Shown in pieces: positions 10,624 to 20,674 of a stretch of 64,000 nucleotides of DNA (within the stretch, counting starts at the first letter, position 1; each line of letters starts with the position of its first letter). The position numbers and the translations under genes were made by a program. Origin of the DNA: an uncultured Apibacter sp. (lineage in GTDB: Bacteria; Bacteroidota; Bacteroidia; Flavobacteriales; Weeksellaceae); the NCBI GenBank assembly GCA_945280365.1, contig CALYQD010000004.1, positions 8,571 through 72,570 of the forward strand, read 5' to 3'. The notes under the pieces were generated by a model. That model did not search any database. It was not told the DNA's origin and saw only the letters and a list, made by a program, of their open reading frames with translations.

Positions 10624-10872
10624 ATGGAATTAAAATTAGCTAAATGTTGTGGTAATTGCGAACATTTTTTAAATGGACAATTATGTTCATTAAAAGAAGT
10701 TGCGGTAGCTCAAAATCAGGTTTGTAACTCATATGAATTTAAAGTAATTCATCATAGAGAAGATGATTGTTTGAAATGTTCCAAATTTCAAAAATCAACT
10801 TGTGCTCATCCAAAAGTAGCTAGTGAGGGTATTATGTGTACTGTATGGTATCCGAGAGCTACAGCTTCATAA
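10624..10872 (+). CDS. small cysteine-rich hypothetical protein
   Basis: 82 aa with several CxxC-type pairs (CCGNCEHF, DCLKCSKF). It has its own terminator. I recognise no family. Confidence 0.5.
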   Translation: MELKLAKCCGNCEHFLNGQLCSLKEVAVAQNQVCNSYEFKVIHHREDDCLKCSKFQKSTCAHPKVASEGIMCTVWYPRATAS

Positions 10873-10902
10873 GAAACGATAAAAAATGATTTTTTTAATA
10901 TA

Positions 10903-10935
10903 AAAGAGCTGATTTTTCTAAAATCAGCTCTTTTT
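10903..10935 (+). terminator. rho-independent terminator
   Basis: Perfect 13-bp inverted repeat AAAGAGCTGATTT / AAATCAGCTCTTT followed by a T-run. Confidence 0.8.
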
Positions 10936-11092
10936 AATAAAGACAACTATAACAATTGCAATCAAAATTATTTTTAAAATATTTGGTAAAAGGGATATAA
11001 TATTTATATATGTTAATATTTCCTATCAATGATATAAACTGATGGGAATTTATAGAAAGTAAAAGATTTGAAAATGATTGTTGTATAGGAAT

Positions 11093-11124
11093 AAAAAAGA
11101 GAGCTCAATAAAATTGAGTTCTCT
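11093..11124 (-). terminator. probable terminator downstream of the HMA-like gene
   Basis: On the minus strand this reads AGAGAACTCAAT-TTT-ATTGAGCTCTC followed by TTTTTT. The stem has one bulge. Confidence 0.55.
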
Positions 11125-11205
11125 AAATTGATAAATTAATGTATTAAAGTATGAGAATTTTAGAAATTCTCTAAAAAGAACGCTTAAAATTATTTTCAAT
11201 ATTTT

Positions 11206-11538
11206 TTAGTATTGACAACATAATGGTAATTTCTTGTAGTCGGGATCTTTAGCTTTATATTTTTCATTACTGTACCCTGACTTGGCAATTTTCTTTAAAA
11301 TAGCAGATAAAGACGTTTTCGTATCATCATAAGTAATGGTTGCAATTTTTGTGCCCGGATCCCATATTACAAGAGAAATATTTGGATCAGAGCCGGCACT
11401 TTCGATAGTTTGTTTACACATAGTGCAATTACCGAAAACTTTTACTTTTTCAATCTTTTGATTGACATTTTGCGCTTTTATTTCTGTTAAAGAAATAAGA
11501 ACCAAGCAAAGGACAAATATTTTACTTAAAAGTTTCAT
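11206..11538 (-). CDS. secreted heavy-metal-associated (HMA)-like domain protein
   Basis: 110 aa with a signal peptide. It has a CxxC metal-binding-like motif GNCTMCKQTIE in a ferredoxin-like context and a C-terminal CC pair. Confidence 0.55.
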   Translation of the reverse strand: MKLLSKIFVLCLVLISLTEIKAQNVNQKIEKVKVFGNCTMCKQTIESAGSDPNISLVIWDPGTKIATITYDDTKTSLSAILKKIAKSGYSNEKYKAKDPDYKKLPLCCQY

Positions 11539-11613
11539 ATAAAGGAAAATTATTAGTTAACATCTAAGCTTAAATTATACTTTGACACATAAAAATTAAA
11601 AATATTAATTTTT

Positions 11614-13293
11614 TTACTGTGCTATTTCTAATGACATATTTTTACCATTAAAGCTTAATTGATTAATCTTTTTTAACAATTGGTCTGTATAATTAGCATC
11701 AACTTCAAAAAAAGTAAATTTATCCCGAATATCGATTTCTCCAATATCGGCACGTGCACCTTTCGTATTTTTGTTAATAAGATCAATAACAGTCACTTTA
11801 TTAAGATTATCTCTTTTACCTAAATTAAAGAAAAATCGAGTAAAATTGCCTTGCCTTTTACTTTTTCTATTCCTTTTATTTCCCTCCCTTGAATCATTTC
11901 TATCCTTACGGTCTTTACCTTTTCTGCTGTTCGTAGGTTTTTTCCCTCTTTCGGCAGCTCTTTCATTTTTATCAATAGGGGCAATATCTTTTTCATTTTT
12001 ATAGAATTCCCAAGTTGATTTTAATTCAAGGAACATAACCCTTTTATAAAGTTCTTCCTTGGAAATGTCAGATAAATCGGGAGTGTTAGAAACTTCAAAT
12101 TCTTCAGAATTAAAATCGGATTTTAGAAGTTTGTCAGATAAATAAATTTCTTTCGCTTTCAAGATATCTTCCTTAGTAGGTATCTTCATTTCTTCTACCT
12201 TAATAGATGTCTCTTTTTTAATGCGATTAAACTTAATCATCTCGCTAGGACGAATAATAGCAATTGATTCTCCGTCTTTACCGGCTCTACCGGTTCTTCC
12301 GCTTCTGTGAATGAAAACTTCAGGATCATCAGGTAAAGAATAGTGGATTACATGCGTTAGATCATTTACATCCAATCCTCGAGCAGCTACGTCAGTAGCA
12401 ACCAGTATTCGTAAATTTTTCAAACGAAATTTTTTCATAACCAAATCCCTTTGAGATTGCGATAAATCTCCATGAAGCGCATCGGCGGCATAACCTTGGT
12501 GCATGAGAAAATCAGCAATGTTTTGAGTCTCAACACGTGTTCTACAAAAGATAATCGAATATATGTCAGGATTTGCATCCAGTACTCTACGTAATCCATT
12601 ATTCTTTTGTCTATCGCGTACCATTACAAATTTATGAGTAATATTTTTCTTTACTTCATTAATACCTCCTGCAGATATTTTTTGCGCGCCTTTCATATAA
12701 TTTTTAGCAATTGCCTCTACTTGTTTAGACATGGTTGCTGAAAATAATAAGGTTTGTCTTTCTTTCGGCGTTTCTTTTAATATGGTTTCCAATTCGGCCT
12801 TAAAGCCCATAGATAGCATTTCATCTGCTTCGTCTAAAATTAACCATTGAATTTGGTTTATTTTTAGAACCCCTCTTTTTAGTAAGTCATTAACCCTTCC
12901 CGGAGTACCAATTATAAGTTGAGGATTATTTTTCAAACCTTTAATTTGTTCGGAAATATTAGATCCTCCATAGACAGCCAGTGAACGTATTTGAGATAAA
13001 TATTTAGAATAACTGGCAATATCTTTAGAAATTTGTAAGCATAATTCACGAGTAGGACAAAGTATTAACGCTTGAACATGTTTTTGATAAGGATCAATCA
13101 TTTCTAGAATCGGCAACGAAAATGCAGCCGTTTTTCCTGTACCAGTTTGCGCTAAAGCTATTAAATCTTCTTCCTTCGATAGTAAGTAGGGAATGGTTTG
13201 CTTTTGGATTTCAGTCGGTTGAGTATAACCCAACTCTGTTATGGCCTTTAACAAATCATCTGATAGGCCATACTCTTTGAATAAATTCATCAA
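11614..13293 (-). CDS. DEAD-box ATP-dependent RNA helicase with basic linker and DbpA-like C-terminal RNA-binding domain
   Basis: Motifs AQTGTGKT, PTRELC, DEAD, SAT and HRSGRTGRAG, with an Arg/Lys-rich tail. Confidence 0.95.
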   Translation of the reverse strand: MMNLFKEYGLSDDLLKAITELGYTQPTEIQKQTIPYLLSKEEDLIALAQTGTGKTAAFSLPILEMIDPYQKHVQALILCPTRELCLQISKDIASYSKYLSQIRSLAVYGGSNISEQIKGLKNNPQLIIGTPGRVNDLLKRGVLKINQIQWLILDEADEMLSMGFKAELETILKETPKERQTLLFSATMSKQVEAIAKNYMKGAQKISAGGINEVKKNITHKFVMVRDRQKNNGLRRVLDANPDIYSIIFCRTRVETQNIADFLMHQGYAADALHGDLSQSQRDLVMKKFRLKNLRILVATDVAARGLDVNDLTHVIHYSLPDDPEVFIHRSGRTGRAGKDGESIAIIRPSEMIKFNRIKKETSIKVEEMKIPTKEDILKAKEIYLSDKLLKSDFNSEEFEVSNTPDLSDISKEELYKRVMFLELKSTWEFYKNEKDIAPIDKNERAAERGKKPTNSRKGKDRKDRNDSREGNKRNRKSKRQGNFTRFFFNLGKRDNLNKVTVIDLINKNTKGARADIGEIDIRDKFTFFEVDANYTDQLLKKINQLSFNGKNMSLEIAQ

Positions 13294-13381
13294 TAATTTT
13301 TAAAAATCAATACAAAGATATGATTTGTTTGTTAATTAACAATTGAAGAATTTAGATATTGTTTGTTTATTACAAATGAAT

Positions 13382-14032
13382 TTATCCGTATTTAATGATT
13401 TCTTCTAACTTATCAAGATCTTTTATAATAATATCTTTACCCTTTGTCTTAATTAATTTTTCATTTTCAAACTTGGTTAATGTATGAATAATGCTTTCTC
13501 TGGAATATCCTATTACCTCGGCAATTTCTGCCCGTGACAAATAAATACCCTTATAATTTTTATTACAGAATTTCAAAATAAACATTGCCATAGCCCCCTC
13601 TACATTTTTAAAGCTAAGATTAATGAGCCAATCCATAGTTTCCCGCATTTTGAACTCTAGCTTATTGCTTATTTTAAGATAAAATGAGGTGTTCATTTCA
13701 CAAATTTTTTTGAAGAGATTTTTTGGAAAAACCATTAATTTAGAATCGATGAGGGAGTGAGTGCTATACGGATAATGTTCCATTAAAATGTAATCCTTTC
13801 CTATAATCTCACCTTTACGCGCTATATAAACTATTTTCTTTTTATTTCCTAATTGGTAGGTCAATTTACAATAACCCTCTACTACAAAATATATATTTGC
13901 TGCAAAACTACCCTGTTTGAAGAGGGCCTCTCTTGAATCAAAATCAACAATGCTACAATTTTGAGATAGAAATATTTTTTCTTCCTCAGTTAACATTGTA
14001 TAAAAAGGAATAGTAGTAATCAGCTCATTCAT
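13382..14032 (-). CDS. Crp/Fnr family transcriptional regulator
   Basis: 216 aa with an N-terminal cNMP-binding-like beta-roll and a C-terminal HTH (SRAEIAEVIGYSRESIIHTLTKF). Divergent from dcuA. Confidence 0.8.
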   Translation of the reverse strand: MNELITTIPFYTMLTEEEKIFLSQNCSIVDFDSREALFKQGSFAANIYFVVEGYCKLTYQLGNKKKIVYIARKGEIIGKDYILMEHYPYSTHSLIDSKLMVFPKNLFKKICEMNTSFYLKISNKLEFKMRETMDWLINLSFKNVEGAMAMFILKFCNKNYKGIYLSRAEIAEVIGYSRESIIHTLTKFENEKLIKTKGKDIIIKDLDKLEEIIKYG

Positions 14033-14112
14033 TTTTTAAAAAAAGTAAAATATTTCACTTACAAAAGTAATTATATTGTTTTTAAAATACAAATAACATC
14101 ACTCAAAATAAA

Positions 14113-14144
14113 TTGTGAAATTTTTAATTATCTGTTTACATTTG
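14113..14144 (+). promoter_or_regulatory. candidate Bacteroidota sigma-A promoter for dcuA-aspA
   Basis: TTG at 14113-14115 and TACATTTG (TAnnTTTG -7 consensus) at 14137-14144, with a 21-nt spacer, about 80 nt upstream of the dcuA ATG. Confidence 0.4.
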
Positions 14145-14223
14145 CAATTATTAATCAATTAAAAGTAAGATTTGTTATAAATTTTATATTAATTGTTAAG
14201 TATAAATAAAATTATTTTTTTAG

Positions 14224-15546
14224 ATGAATAACACTTTAATGATTTTGCTCGAATTTATGGTTGTGATGGCAGCCATATTTATCGGGGCAAAAAAAGGAGG
14301 TTTAGGATTAGGTATTTTTGGAGGTTTAGGATTGGCTGTATTGGTTTTCGTTTTTAAGCTGAAGCCGCAAAATCCACCTATTGATGTAATGTTGATGATT
14401 GTTGCAGTAATCACGGCAGCAAGTACACTTCAGGCATCGGGAGGCATTGATTATATGGTTAATATTGCAGAAAAGCTGCTAAGAGCTTATCCCCCTGCCA
14501 TTACAATCGTGGCCCCTCTAGTATCTTACATTTTTACAATTATTGCAGGTACAGGTCATATTGCATATGCGCTACTACCTATAATTTCAGAGGTGGCAAC
14601 AGATGCAAAAGTAAGACCAGAAAGACCTTTAAGTATTTCAGTTATTGCTTCGCAACAAGCAATTACGGCCAGCCCCATATCTGCGGCTACAGCGGCTTTA
14701 TTGAGCGTTATAATGGTTAAAAACCCTGAATTAAGGCTTATGGATATTTTAATGATATCTATTCCAGCTACTTTAGTGGGAGTTATCGTTGCTGCAATCG
14801 TTCAAATGTTTGTAGGAGTGGATTTGGAGAAAGATCCAGAATACCAAAAAAGGATCAAGCAAGGTCTTTTAGAGATTAAGGAGAATAACAAGAAAAAAGA
14901 AGTAGGGTTTGGTGCAAAATTATCCGTAATAATCTTTTTGATCGGAGTAATAGGAATAGTTTTATTCGGTTCCGTAGATGGAATAAAACCAACCTTCAAT
15001 GGTGAACCAATGGCTATGCCTCATATTATTGAAATACTTATGTTGGCTGCTGCCGGATGTATTTTAATCTTTACTAAAACCAATGTAGAAAAAATTGCTA
15101 CCGGTTCAATTTTTTTAGCCGGAATGCAAGCGGTAATTGCCATTTTCGGAATAGCATGGATGGGAGATACTTTTTTTGCAAGTAACTTAGACTTTTTCAA
15201 AGGTTTATTGACTTCAATGGTAATGGAGTATCCGTGGACATTTGCTATTGCTTTATTTTTAATGTCAATTATGCTATTTAGTCAGGCAGCAACCGTAAGA
15301 GCGCTTATGCCTTTAGGAGTTTCCCTTGGAATACCAATCCCTAGTCTAATCGCGATGTTTCCTGCAGTAAATGGATATTTCTTTATACCGAATTATCCAA
15401 CCATAATAGCAGCAATAAATTTTGATCGTACCGGGACTACCCGAATAGGAAAATATGTGATCAATCACTCATTTCAATTACCCGGATTTATTGCAACCAT
15501 TGTAGCAGTAAGTGTAGGATTTGGCTTAGCATATCTCGTATTTTAA
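14224..15546 (+). CDS. dcuA: anaerobic C4-dicarboxylate transporter (DcuA/DcuB family)
   Basis: 440 aa polytopic membrane protein. The N-terminus (FIGAKKGGLGLGIFGGLGLAVLVF) is colinear with E. coli DcuA. It lies directly upstream of aspA, as in enterobacteria. Confidence 0.85.
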   Translation: MNNTLMILLEFMVVMAAIFIGAKKGGLGLGIFGGLGLAVLVFVFKLKPQNPPIDVMLMIVAVITAASTLQASGGIDYMVNIAEKLLRAYPPAITIVAPLVSYIFTIIAGTGHIAYALLPIISEVATDAKVRPERPLSISVIASQQAITASPISAATAALLSVIMVKNPELRLMDILMISIPATLVGVIVAAIVQMFVGVDLEKDPEYQKRIKQGLLEIKENNKKKEVGFGAKLSVIIFLIGVIGIVLFGSVDGIKPTFNGEPMAMPHIIEILMLAAAGCILIFTKTNVEKIATGSIFLAGMQAVIAIFGIAWMGDTFFASNLDFFKGLLTSMVMEYPWTFAIALFLMSIMLFSQAATVRALMPLGVSLGIPIPSLIAMFPAVNGYFFIPNYPTIIAAINFDRTGTTRIGKYVINHSFQLPGFIATIVAVSVGFGLAYLVF

Positions 15547-15584
15547 ATAAAAATCAACCATAAAAACATATAAATTAAATAATC

Positions 15585-16985
15585 ATGTACAGAATCGAAA
15601 ACGATTTGATAGGAGATTTAGAAGTTCCAGAAAATGCATATTATGGGATTCAAACTCAAAGAGCTGTAAACAACTTTCATATCACAGGAATAAAATTATC
15701 TAAATTTCCGGAATTAATTAAAGCGTTAGCTTATGTAAAATGGGCAGCGGCTGAAACAAATTGTGAACTAGGAGTTTTAGATGAAAATATCAAAAATGCA
15801 ATTGTTAAAGCTTGTCAAGAAATCATAACCGGTAAATACGATAATGAATTTCCGAGCGATGTTATCCAAGGAGGAGCAGGTACTTCTACCAATATGAATA
15901 TTAACGAAGTAGTAGCTAATATTGCGTTGGAAATTATGGGACATAAAAAAGGAGAATATCAATTTTGCTCTCCTCATGATCACGTAAACCTTTCACAATC
16001 AACTAACGATGCCTATCCGACTTCCATAAAATTAGCAGCAATTAATTCCAATAAGGTATTGATTGATCATTTAAAACAGCTGATTGAATCTTTCCGTAAA
16101 AAAGGAAAAGAATTTATGCATGTGTTAAAGATGGGAAGAACCCAATTACAAGATGCAGTTCCTATGACTTTAGGTCAAGAATTTGAAGCATTTGCAGAAA
16201 CTTTAAGTGAAGATGTAGAAAGGCTAACTCAAAATTCTAATTTATTTTTAGAAATAAATATGGGGGCTACCGCAATTGGAACCGGTTTAAATTCTATTCC
16301 AGGATATGCGGAACTATGTGCTCAAAAATTGTCAGAAATAACCCAATTACCATTTGTATCAGCAAAAAATTTAGTAGAAGCAACTCCGGATACAGGTTCT
16401 TATGTAATCTATTCCTCAGCATTAAAAAGAGTTGCTATAAAATTATCTAAAATTTGTAACGATTTACGATTGTTATCATCTGGGCCACGATGTGGACTTA
16501 ATGAAATAAATTTGCCGGCTATGCAACCGGGTTCATCCATTATGCCTGGAAAAGTAAATCCGGTAATACCTGAAGCCATGAATCAAACATGTTTTAAAGT
16601 AATAGGAAATGATTTAACTGTTACTATGGCTGCAGAAGCCGGACAGCTTCAATTGAATGTAATGGAACCCGTTATTGCCTACAGTCTTTTAGAATCAGTT
16701 CATATATTGATGAATGCTATGGATTGTTTACGTATCAACTGTATTGACGGTATTACAGCCAATGAGCAACATTGCAAAGATATGGTGCTTAATAGTATTG
16801 GAATAGTTACTGCATTAAACCCATATATCGGATATAAAAACAGTACTAAAATTGCTAAAGAAGCTTTAACAAAAAATTTAAGTGTTTATGATTTAGTACT
16901 CGAGAACAAGCTTTTATCGAAAGAAAAGTTAGATGAAATATTAAACCCCGAAAATATGCTGGGGCCGCATAAGTATAAAGATTAA
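15585..16985 (+). CDS. aspA: aspartate ammonia-lyase
   Basis: 466 aa. N-terminus RIE.D.IG...VPENAYYGIQTQRA..NF is of AspA rather than FumC type. Signature GSSIMPGKVNP. Confidence 0.9.
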   Translation: MYRIENDLIGDLEVPENAYYGIQTQRAVNNFHITGIKLSKFPELIKALAYVKWAAAETNCELGVLDENIKNAIVKACQEIITGKYDNEFPSDVIQGGAGTSTNMNINEVVANIALEIMGHKKGEYQFCSPHDHVNLSQSTNDAYPTSIKLAAINSNKVLIDHLKQLIESFRKKGKEFMHVLKMGRTQLQDAVPMTLGQEFEAFAETLSEDVERLTQNSNLFLEINMGATAIGTGLNSIPGYAELCAQKLSEITQLPFVSAKNLVEATPDTGSYVIYSSALKRVAIKLSKICNDLRLLSSGPRCGLNEINLPAMQPGSSIMPGKVNPVIPEAMNQTCFKVIGNDLTVTMAAEAGQLQLNVMEPVIAYSLLESVHILMNAMDCLRINCIDGITANEQHCKDMVLNSIGIVTALNPYIGYKNSTKIAKEALTKNLSVYDLVLENKLLSKEKLDEILNPENMLGPHKYKD

Positions 16986-16994
16986 TATATTAGA

Positions 16995-17028
16995 AAAAGC
17001 AACTGAGTAATCAGTTGCTTTTTCTTTT
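16995..17028 (+). terminator. rho-independent terminator after aspA
   Basis: Perfect 12-bp stem AAAAGCAACTGA / TCAGTTGCTTTT with a GTAA loop and a T-rich tail. Confidence 0.8.
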
Positions 17029-17259
17029 TAAGATATAAATCTATATAAATGTTGGAATATTAATGATAAGTATAATATAAAAAATATAAAAAACAGGAAG
17101 AATATAATTCAATAAGCAAATAGTTAAAAAATATAAGTCCATTTTGTTGGCATATTAATTGTGTTTTATATGGGGGTAGCTCTTTAAAGAGATAAAAATA
17201 ATATTTTCATTTTTTTATCTTTAATTAACCTAAAAAATATTTATTAAAAAACAAGATAT

Positions 17260-18963
17260 ATGGAATGGATTTTAAAAACTATTCAAAACTCTCCTGAATT
17301 AGCTATCTTTCTCACACTAGCTTTGGGATTTGCAATAGGACAAATAAAAATTAAAGGATTCAGTTTAGGCGCAGTTACAGGAGTCCTATTAATGGGAGTA
17401 TTAATAGGACAATTAGGGATTTCAATATCACCTACCGTAAAATCTGCCTTTTTTCTTATATTTTTATTTACAGTAGGTTATAGCGTGGGACCTCAATTCG
17501 TACACGGTTTAAAAAAAGAGGGATTACCACAAATTGCATTTGCAGCTTTAGTATGTGTAGCTTGTTTATTAGTAGGGTGGGTAGCAGCTATTATAGCAGG
17601 TTTTGACGTAGGTAATGCAGCAGGATTATTAGCTGGAGCAAATACCATATCAGCAGTAATAGGAGTAGCTTCAGATACCATCAATCAATTGAGCATAGAT
17701 TCCTCTCAAAAACAACAATTAATTAATCATATTCCTGTCGCCTATGCAGTAACCTACATCTTCGGAACAGCAGGTACGGCTTGGTTTTTATCCTCCATAG
17801 GGCCTAAACTCTTAGGAAAAGATGTAGTCGGTCAAACTAAAAAGTATGAAGAATCTTTAGGAGGAGCTATTCAAGATGACGATTCAAGCTTAGAGTATGC
17901 TTATGATGGAGCAACTTTTAGAGTTATTGAAGCAAGTAGTAATTATTTTGATCAAAAACGCACGGTAAAAGAGGTAGAAAAATTTCTTGTAAATAAAGAT
18001 TGGCCGGTATATATAGAAAAAATACGAACTTCATCCAATAACGAAATTATTTCTGATCCCACTCCAGATACTTCTATTAATAAGGGAGATAAGATGGTTT
18101 TAAACGGCCCCTTAGAAACTATACTTTCCGATGAAAATTATGTAGGTAAGGAAGTCGCAGATTTAGAGCTGTTAGATTTCAAGGTTGAAAGTTTAAAGGT
18201 GATTGTTGCTAATAAAAAAATTATAGGAAAATGTCTTCATACTCTTAAATACAATAAAAATAGACATGGAGTAATCATACGTAAAATACATAGAGGAAAA
18301 ACAACAATTCCCTTATTGAAAAATGTAACATTACAAAGAGGAGATGTACTAGAAATTGAAGGAAGAAAATCGGACGTAGATAAATTTGCTTCTTATTTGG
18401 GATATCCTGAAAGACCTACTAATGTTTCAGATATTTTATATATAGGATTGGGGATATTCTTAGGGGGCATATTAGGGTCATTAACTATTAGAACCGGTAA
18501 TATCCCTTTAAGTTTAAGTGCCAGTGGGGGAGTATTGATCATGGGAATTATTTTTGGTTGGTTACGATCTTTACGTCCTACTTTCGGATATATACCTTCA
18601 CCATCGATATGGTTGATGAATAATTTAGGGTTAAATATGTTTATTGCAGTAGTAGGAATAAATGCAGGACCCGATTTTATTTCCGGATTAAAAACAGCCG
18701 GAGTCAGTTTATTTATCGCAGGTATATTTGTTAGTATTGTACCGATGCTTGTAGGTATATTATTAGGAAGATATGTATTTAAATTTAATCCAGCCATAAC
18801 TTTAGGAGCTTGCGCGGGTGCAAGAACAACAACAGCCGCACTCGGAGCATTAGAAGATACTTTACAAAGTAAAGTCCCCGCTTTATCTTATACAACTACC
18901 TACGCTGTTGGTAATACACTACTCATTATATGGGGGGTCGTTATTGTTTTGTTAATGAGCTAG
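17260..18963 (+). CDS. aspT: aspartate:alanine antiporter (AAEx family, two central TrkA-C/RCK-C domains)
   Basis: 567 aa with duplicated 5-6 TM halves flanking a soluble region. It sits immediately upstream of aspartate 4-decarboxylase, the classical aspT-aspD pairing. Confidence 0.75.
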   Translation: MEWILKTIQNSPELAIFLTLALGFAIGQIKIKGFSLGAVTGVLLMGVLIGQLGISISPTVKSAFFLIFLFTVGYSVGPQFVHGLKKEGLPQIAFAALVCVACLLVGWVAAIIAGFDVGNAAGLLAGANTISAVIGVASDTINQLSIDSSQKQQLINHIPVAYAVTYIFGTAGTAWFLSSIGPKLLGKDVVGQTKKYEESLGGAIQDDDSSLEYAYDGATFRVIEASSNYFDQKRTVKEVEKFLVNKDWPVYIEKIRTSSNNEIISDPTPDTSINKGDKMVLNGPLETILSDENYVGKEVADLELLDFKVESLKVIVANKKIIGKCLHTLKYNKNRHGVIIRKIHRGKTTIPLLKNVTLQRGDVLEIEGRKSDVDKFASYLGYPERPTNVSDILYIGLGIFLGGILGSLTIRTGNIPLSLSASGGVLIMGIIFGWLRSLRPTFGYIPSPSIWLMNNLGLNMFIAVVGINAGPDFISGLKTAGVSLFIAGIFVSIVPMLVGILLGRYVFKFNPAITLGACAGARTTTAALGALEDTLQSKVPALSYTTTYAVGNTLLIIWGVVIVLLMS

Positions 18964-19003
18964 CCATTGAACTTAAAAATTAGAAAATAAAAATTATAGA
19001 ACA

Positions 19004-20644
19004 ATGGATATATCTAAATTAAAAACTTCTCGCCATAAAGAACAACAATTAGAGCAGTTAAGCCCTTTTGAATTAAAGAATGATTTAATTAAATTAGCTA
19101 CAGACCAACAGACAAAACCTGTAAGAACTATGTTAAATGCGGGACGAGGTAATCCAAATTGGGTAGCCACCGTCCCACGAGAAGCATTTTTTACCCTTGG
19201 GCGTTTTGGTATTGAAGAGTGCAAAAGAACCTTATATAAATCGGAGGGATTAGCAGGGATTCCTGAAAAAAAAGGTATAGGAAAAAGATTTGAAACATTT
19301 TTGGAAAAAAACAAAGATCAACCTGGAATAGAGCATTTACAAAAGACTTATAAATATGGAATTGAAAAACATAAATACGATCGTGATAGTTGGGCGCATG
19401 AATTAGCTGAAGGGATAATTGGAGACCAATATCCGAGTCCGGTAAGAATGTTAAAGCATATAGAACCTATCGTACATGATTATTTAATTCAAGAAATGTG
19501 CGGAAATAATTCGCAAAGAAGCGGAAAATATGATATTTTTGCAGTCGAAGGAGGTACTGCAGCCATGTGCTATATATTTGATTCTTTAATGGAAAATTAT
19601 TTGTTAAGGAAAGGAGATCATATAGCCTTAGGTGTTCCTGTTTTTACTCCTTATTTAGAAATACCAGAATTGAAAAGATATAATTTTAAAGTAACATATG
19701 TCCACGGAACAGGAAAAAATAGTGATGGCACTTCCAACTATCAATATCCGTATGAAGAATTGGATAAATTAGGGGATAAAACTATAAAAGCATTTTTCAT
19801 CGTCAATCCAAGTAATCCGACTTCAGTTGAGATTTGTGATAAAAGTAGGAAATATCTTGTAAAAATCGTTAAAAATCTCAACCCGAATTTAATGATTTTA
19901 ACCGATGATGTATACGGTACATTTGTACCTAAATTCAATTCATTAATGAATGAATTACCACAAAACACTCTTTGTGTATATTCTTTTTCTAAATACTTTG
20001 GGGCAACAGGTTGGCGATTAGGAGCAATTGCTTTATATGAGGATAACATTTATGATAAAATGCTTAAAGCAATCCCCGAAAAAGAAAAAGCTAAAACTGC
20101 AAAACTATATTCCAGTTTAACACTATATCCCGAAAAACTTAAGTTTATAGACCGTTTGGTAGCGGACAGTCGTCAGGTGGCATTAAATCATACAGCTGGT
20201 TTATCTTTGCCGCAACAAATACAGATGATGTTATTTGCTTCCTTCGCTTTACTGGATAAGGAAAATAAATATAAAAAAGTCTGTACAGACTTAGTAAAGC
20301 ATCGATTTAATTTACTTTGGGAAGGAATGAATATTCCTATAAAACCAGATCCGGAAAGAGCTTCTTATTATTGTGAAATAGACATTCACGAATGGGCGTC
20401 TAAAAATTATGATAAAGATTTTGTAACCTTCTTGGAAAAAAATTTTGAACCGGTGGATATACTCTTTAGATTAGCCGAAAAATCATCCATAGTATTATTG
20501 AATGGAAGCGGCTTTGCAGGTCCGGAATGGTCGGTTAGAGTTTCTTTGGCAAATTTAGATGACAAGGATTATAAAATAATAGGAAAAAAGCTTTCTGAAA
20601 CAATGAATGAATACGTAGAGGCATGGAAAAGTACAAAAAAATAA
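19004..20644 (+). CDS. asdA: aspartate 4-decarboxylase (bifunctional aspartate aminotransferase/beta-decarboxylase)
   Basis: 546 aa. N-terminus LSPFELKNDLIKLA. NAGRGNPNW motif. PLP-lysine context YSFSKYFGATGWRLG. Confidence 0.85.
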   Translation: MDISKLKTSRHKEQQLEQLSPFELKNDLIKLATDQQTKPVRTMLNAGRGNPNWVATVPREAFFTLGRFGIEECKRTLYKSEGLAGIPEKKGIGKRFETFLEKNKDQPGIEHLQKTYKYGIEKHKYDRDSWAHELAEGIIGDQYPSPVRMLKHIEPIVHDYLIQEMCGNNSQRSGKYDIFAVEGGTAAMCYIFDSLMENYLLRKGDHIALGVPVFTPYLEIPELKRYNFKVTYVHGTGKNSDGTSNYQYPYEELDKLGDKTIKAFFIVNPSNPTSVEICDKSRKYLVKIVKNLNPNLMILTDDVYGTFVPKFNSLMNELPQNTLCVYSFSKYFGATGWRLGAIALYEDNIYDKMLKAIPEKEKAKTAKLYSSLTLYPEKLKFIDRLVADSRQVALNHTAGLSLPQQIQMMLFASFALLDKENKYKKVCTDLVKHRFNLLWEGMNIPIKPDPERASYYCEIDIHEWASKNYDKDFVTFLEKNFEPVDILFRLAEKSSIVLLNGSGFAGPEWSVRVSLANLDDKDYKIIGKKLSETMNEYVEAWKSTKK

Positions 20645-20674
20645 AATCAAATATTAATTATAAATAATTTAACT

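Noticed and set aside
14114-14158. Possible Crp/Fnr operator in the crp-dcuA intergenic region (TGTGAAATTTTTAATTATC and TTGCA-N7-ATCAA).
   Set aside because: Neither fits the TGTGA-N6-TCACA or TTGAT-N4-ATCAA geometry. The half-sites are poor, and such AT-rich near-palindromes are expected by chance here.
17190-17220. AT-only hairpin (AGATAAAAA ... TTTTTATCT) upstream of aspT as a possible leader or attenuator.
   Set aside because: The stem is entirely A/T with a 13-nt loop, so it is thermodynamically weak. This is common in AT-rich intergenic DNA.
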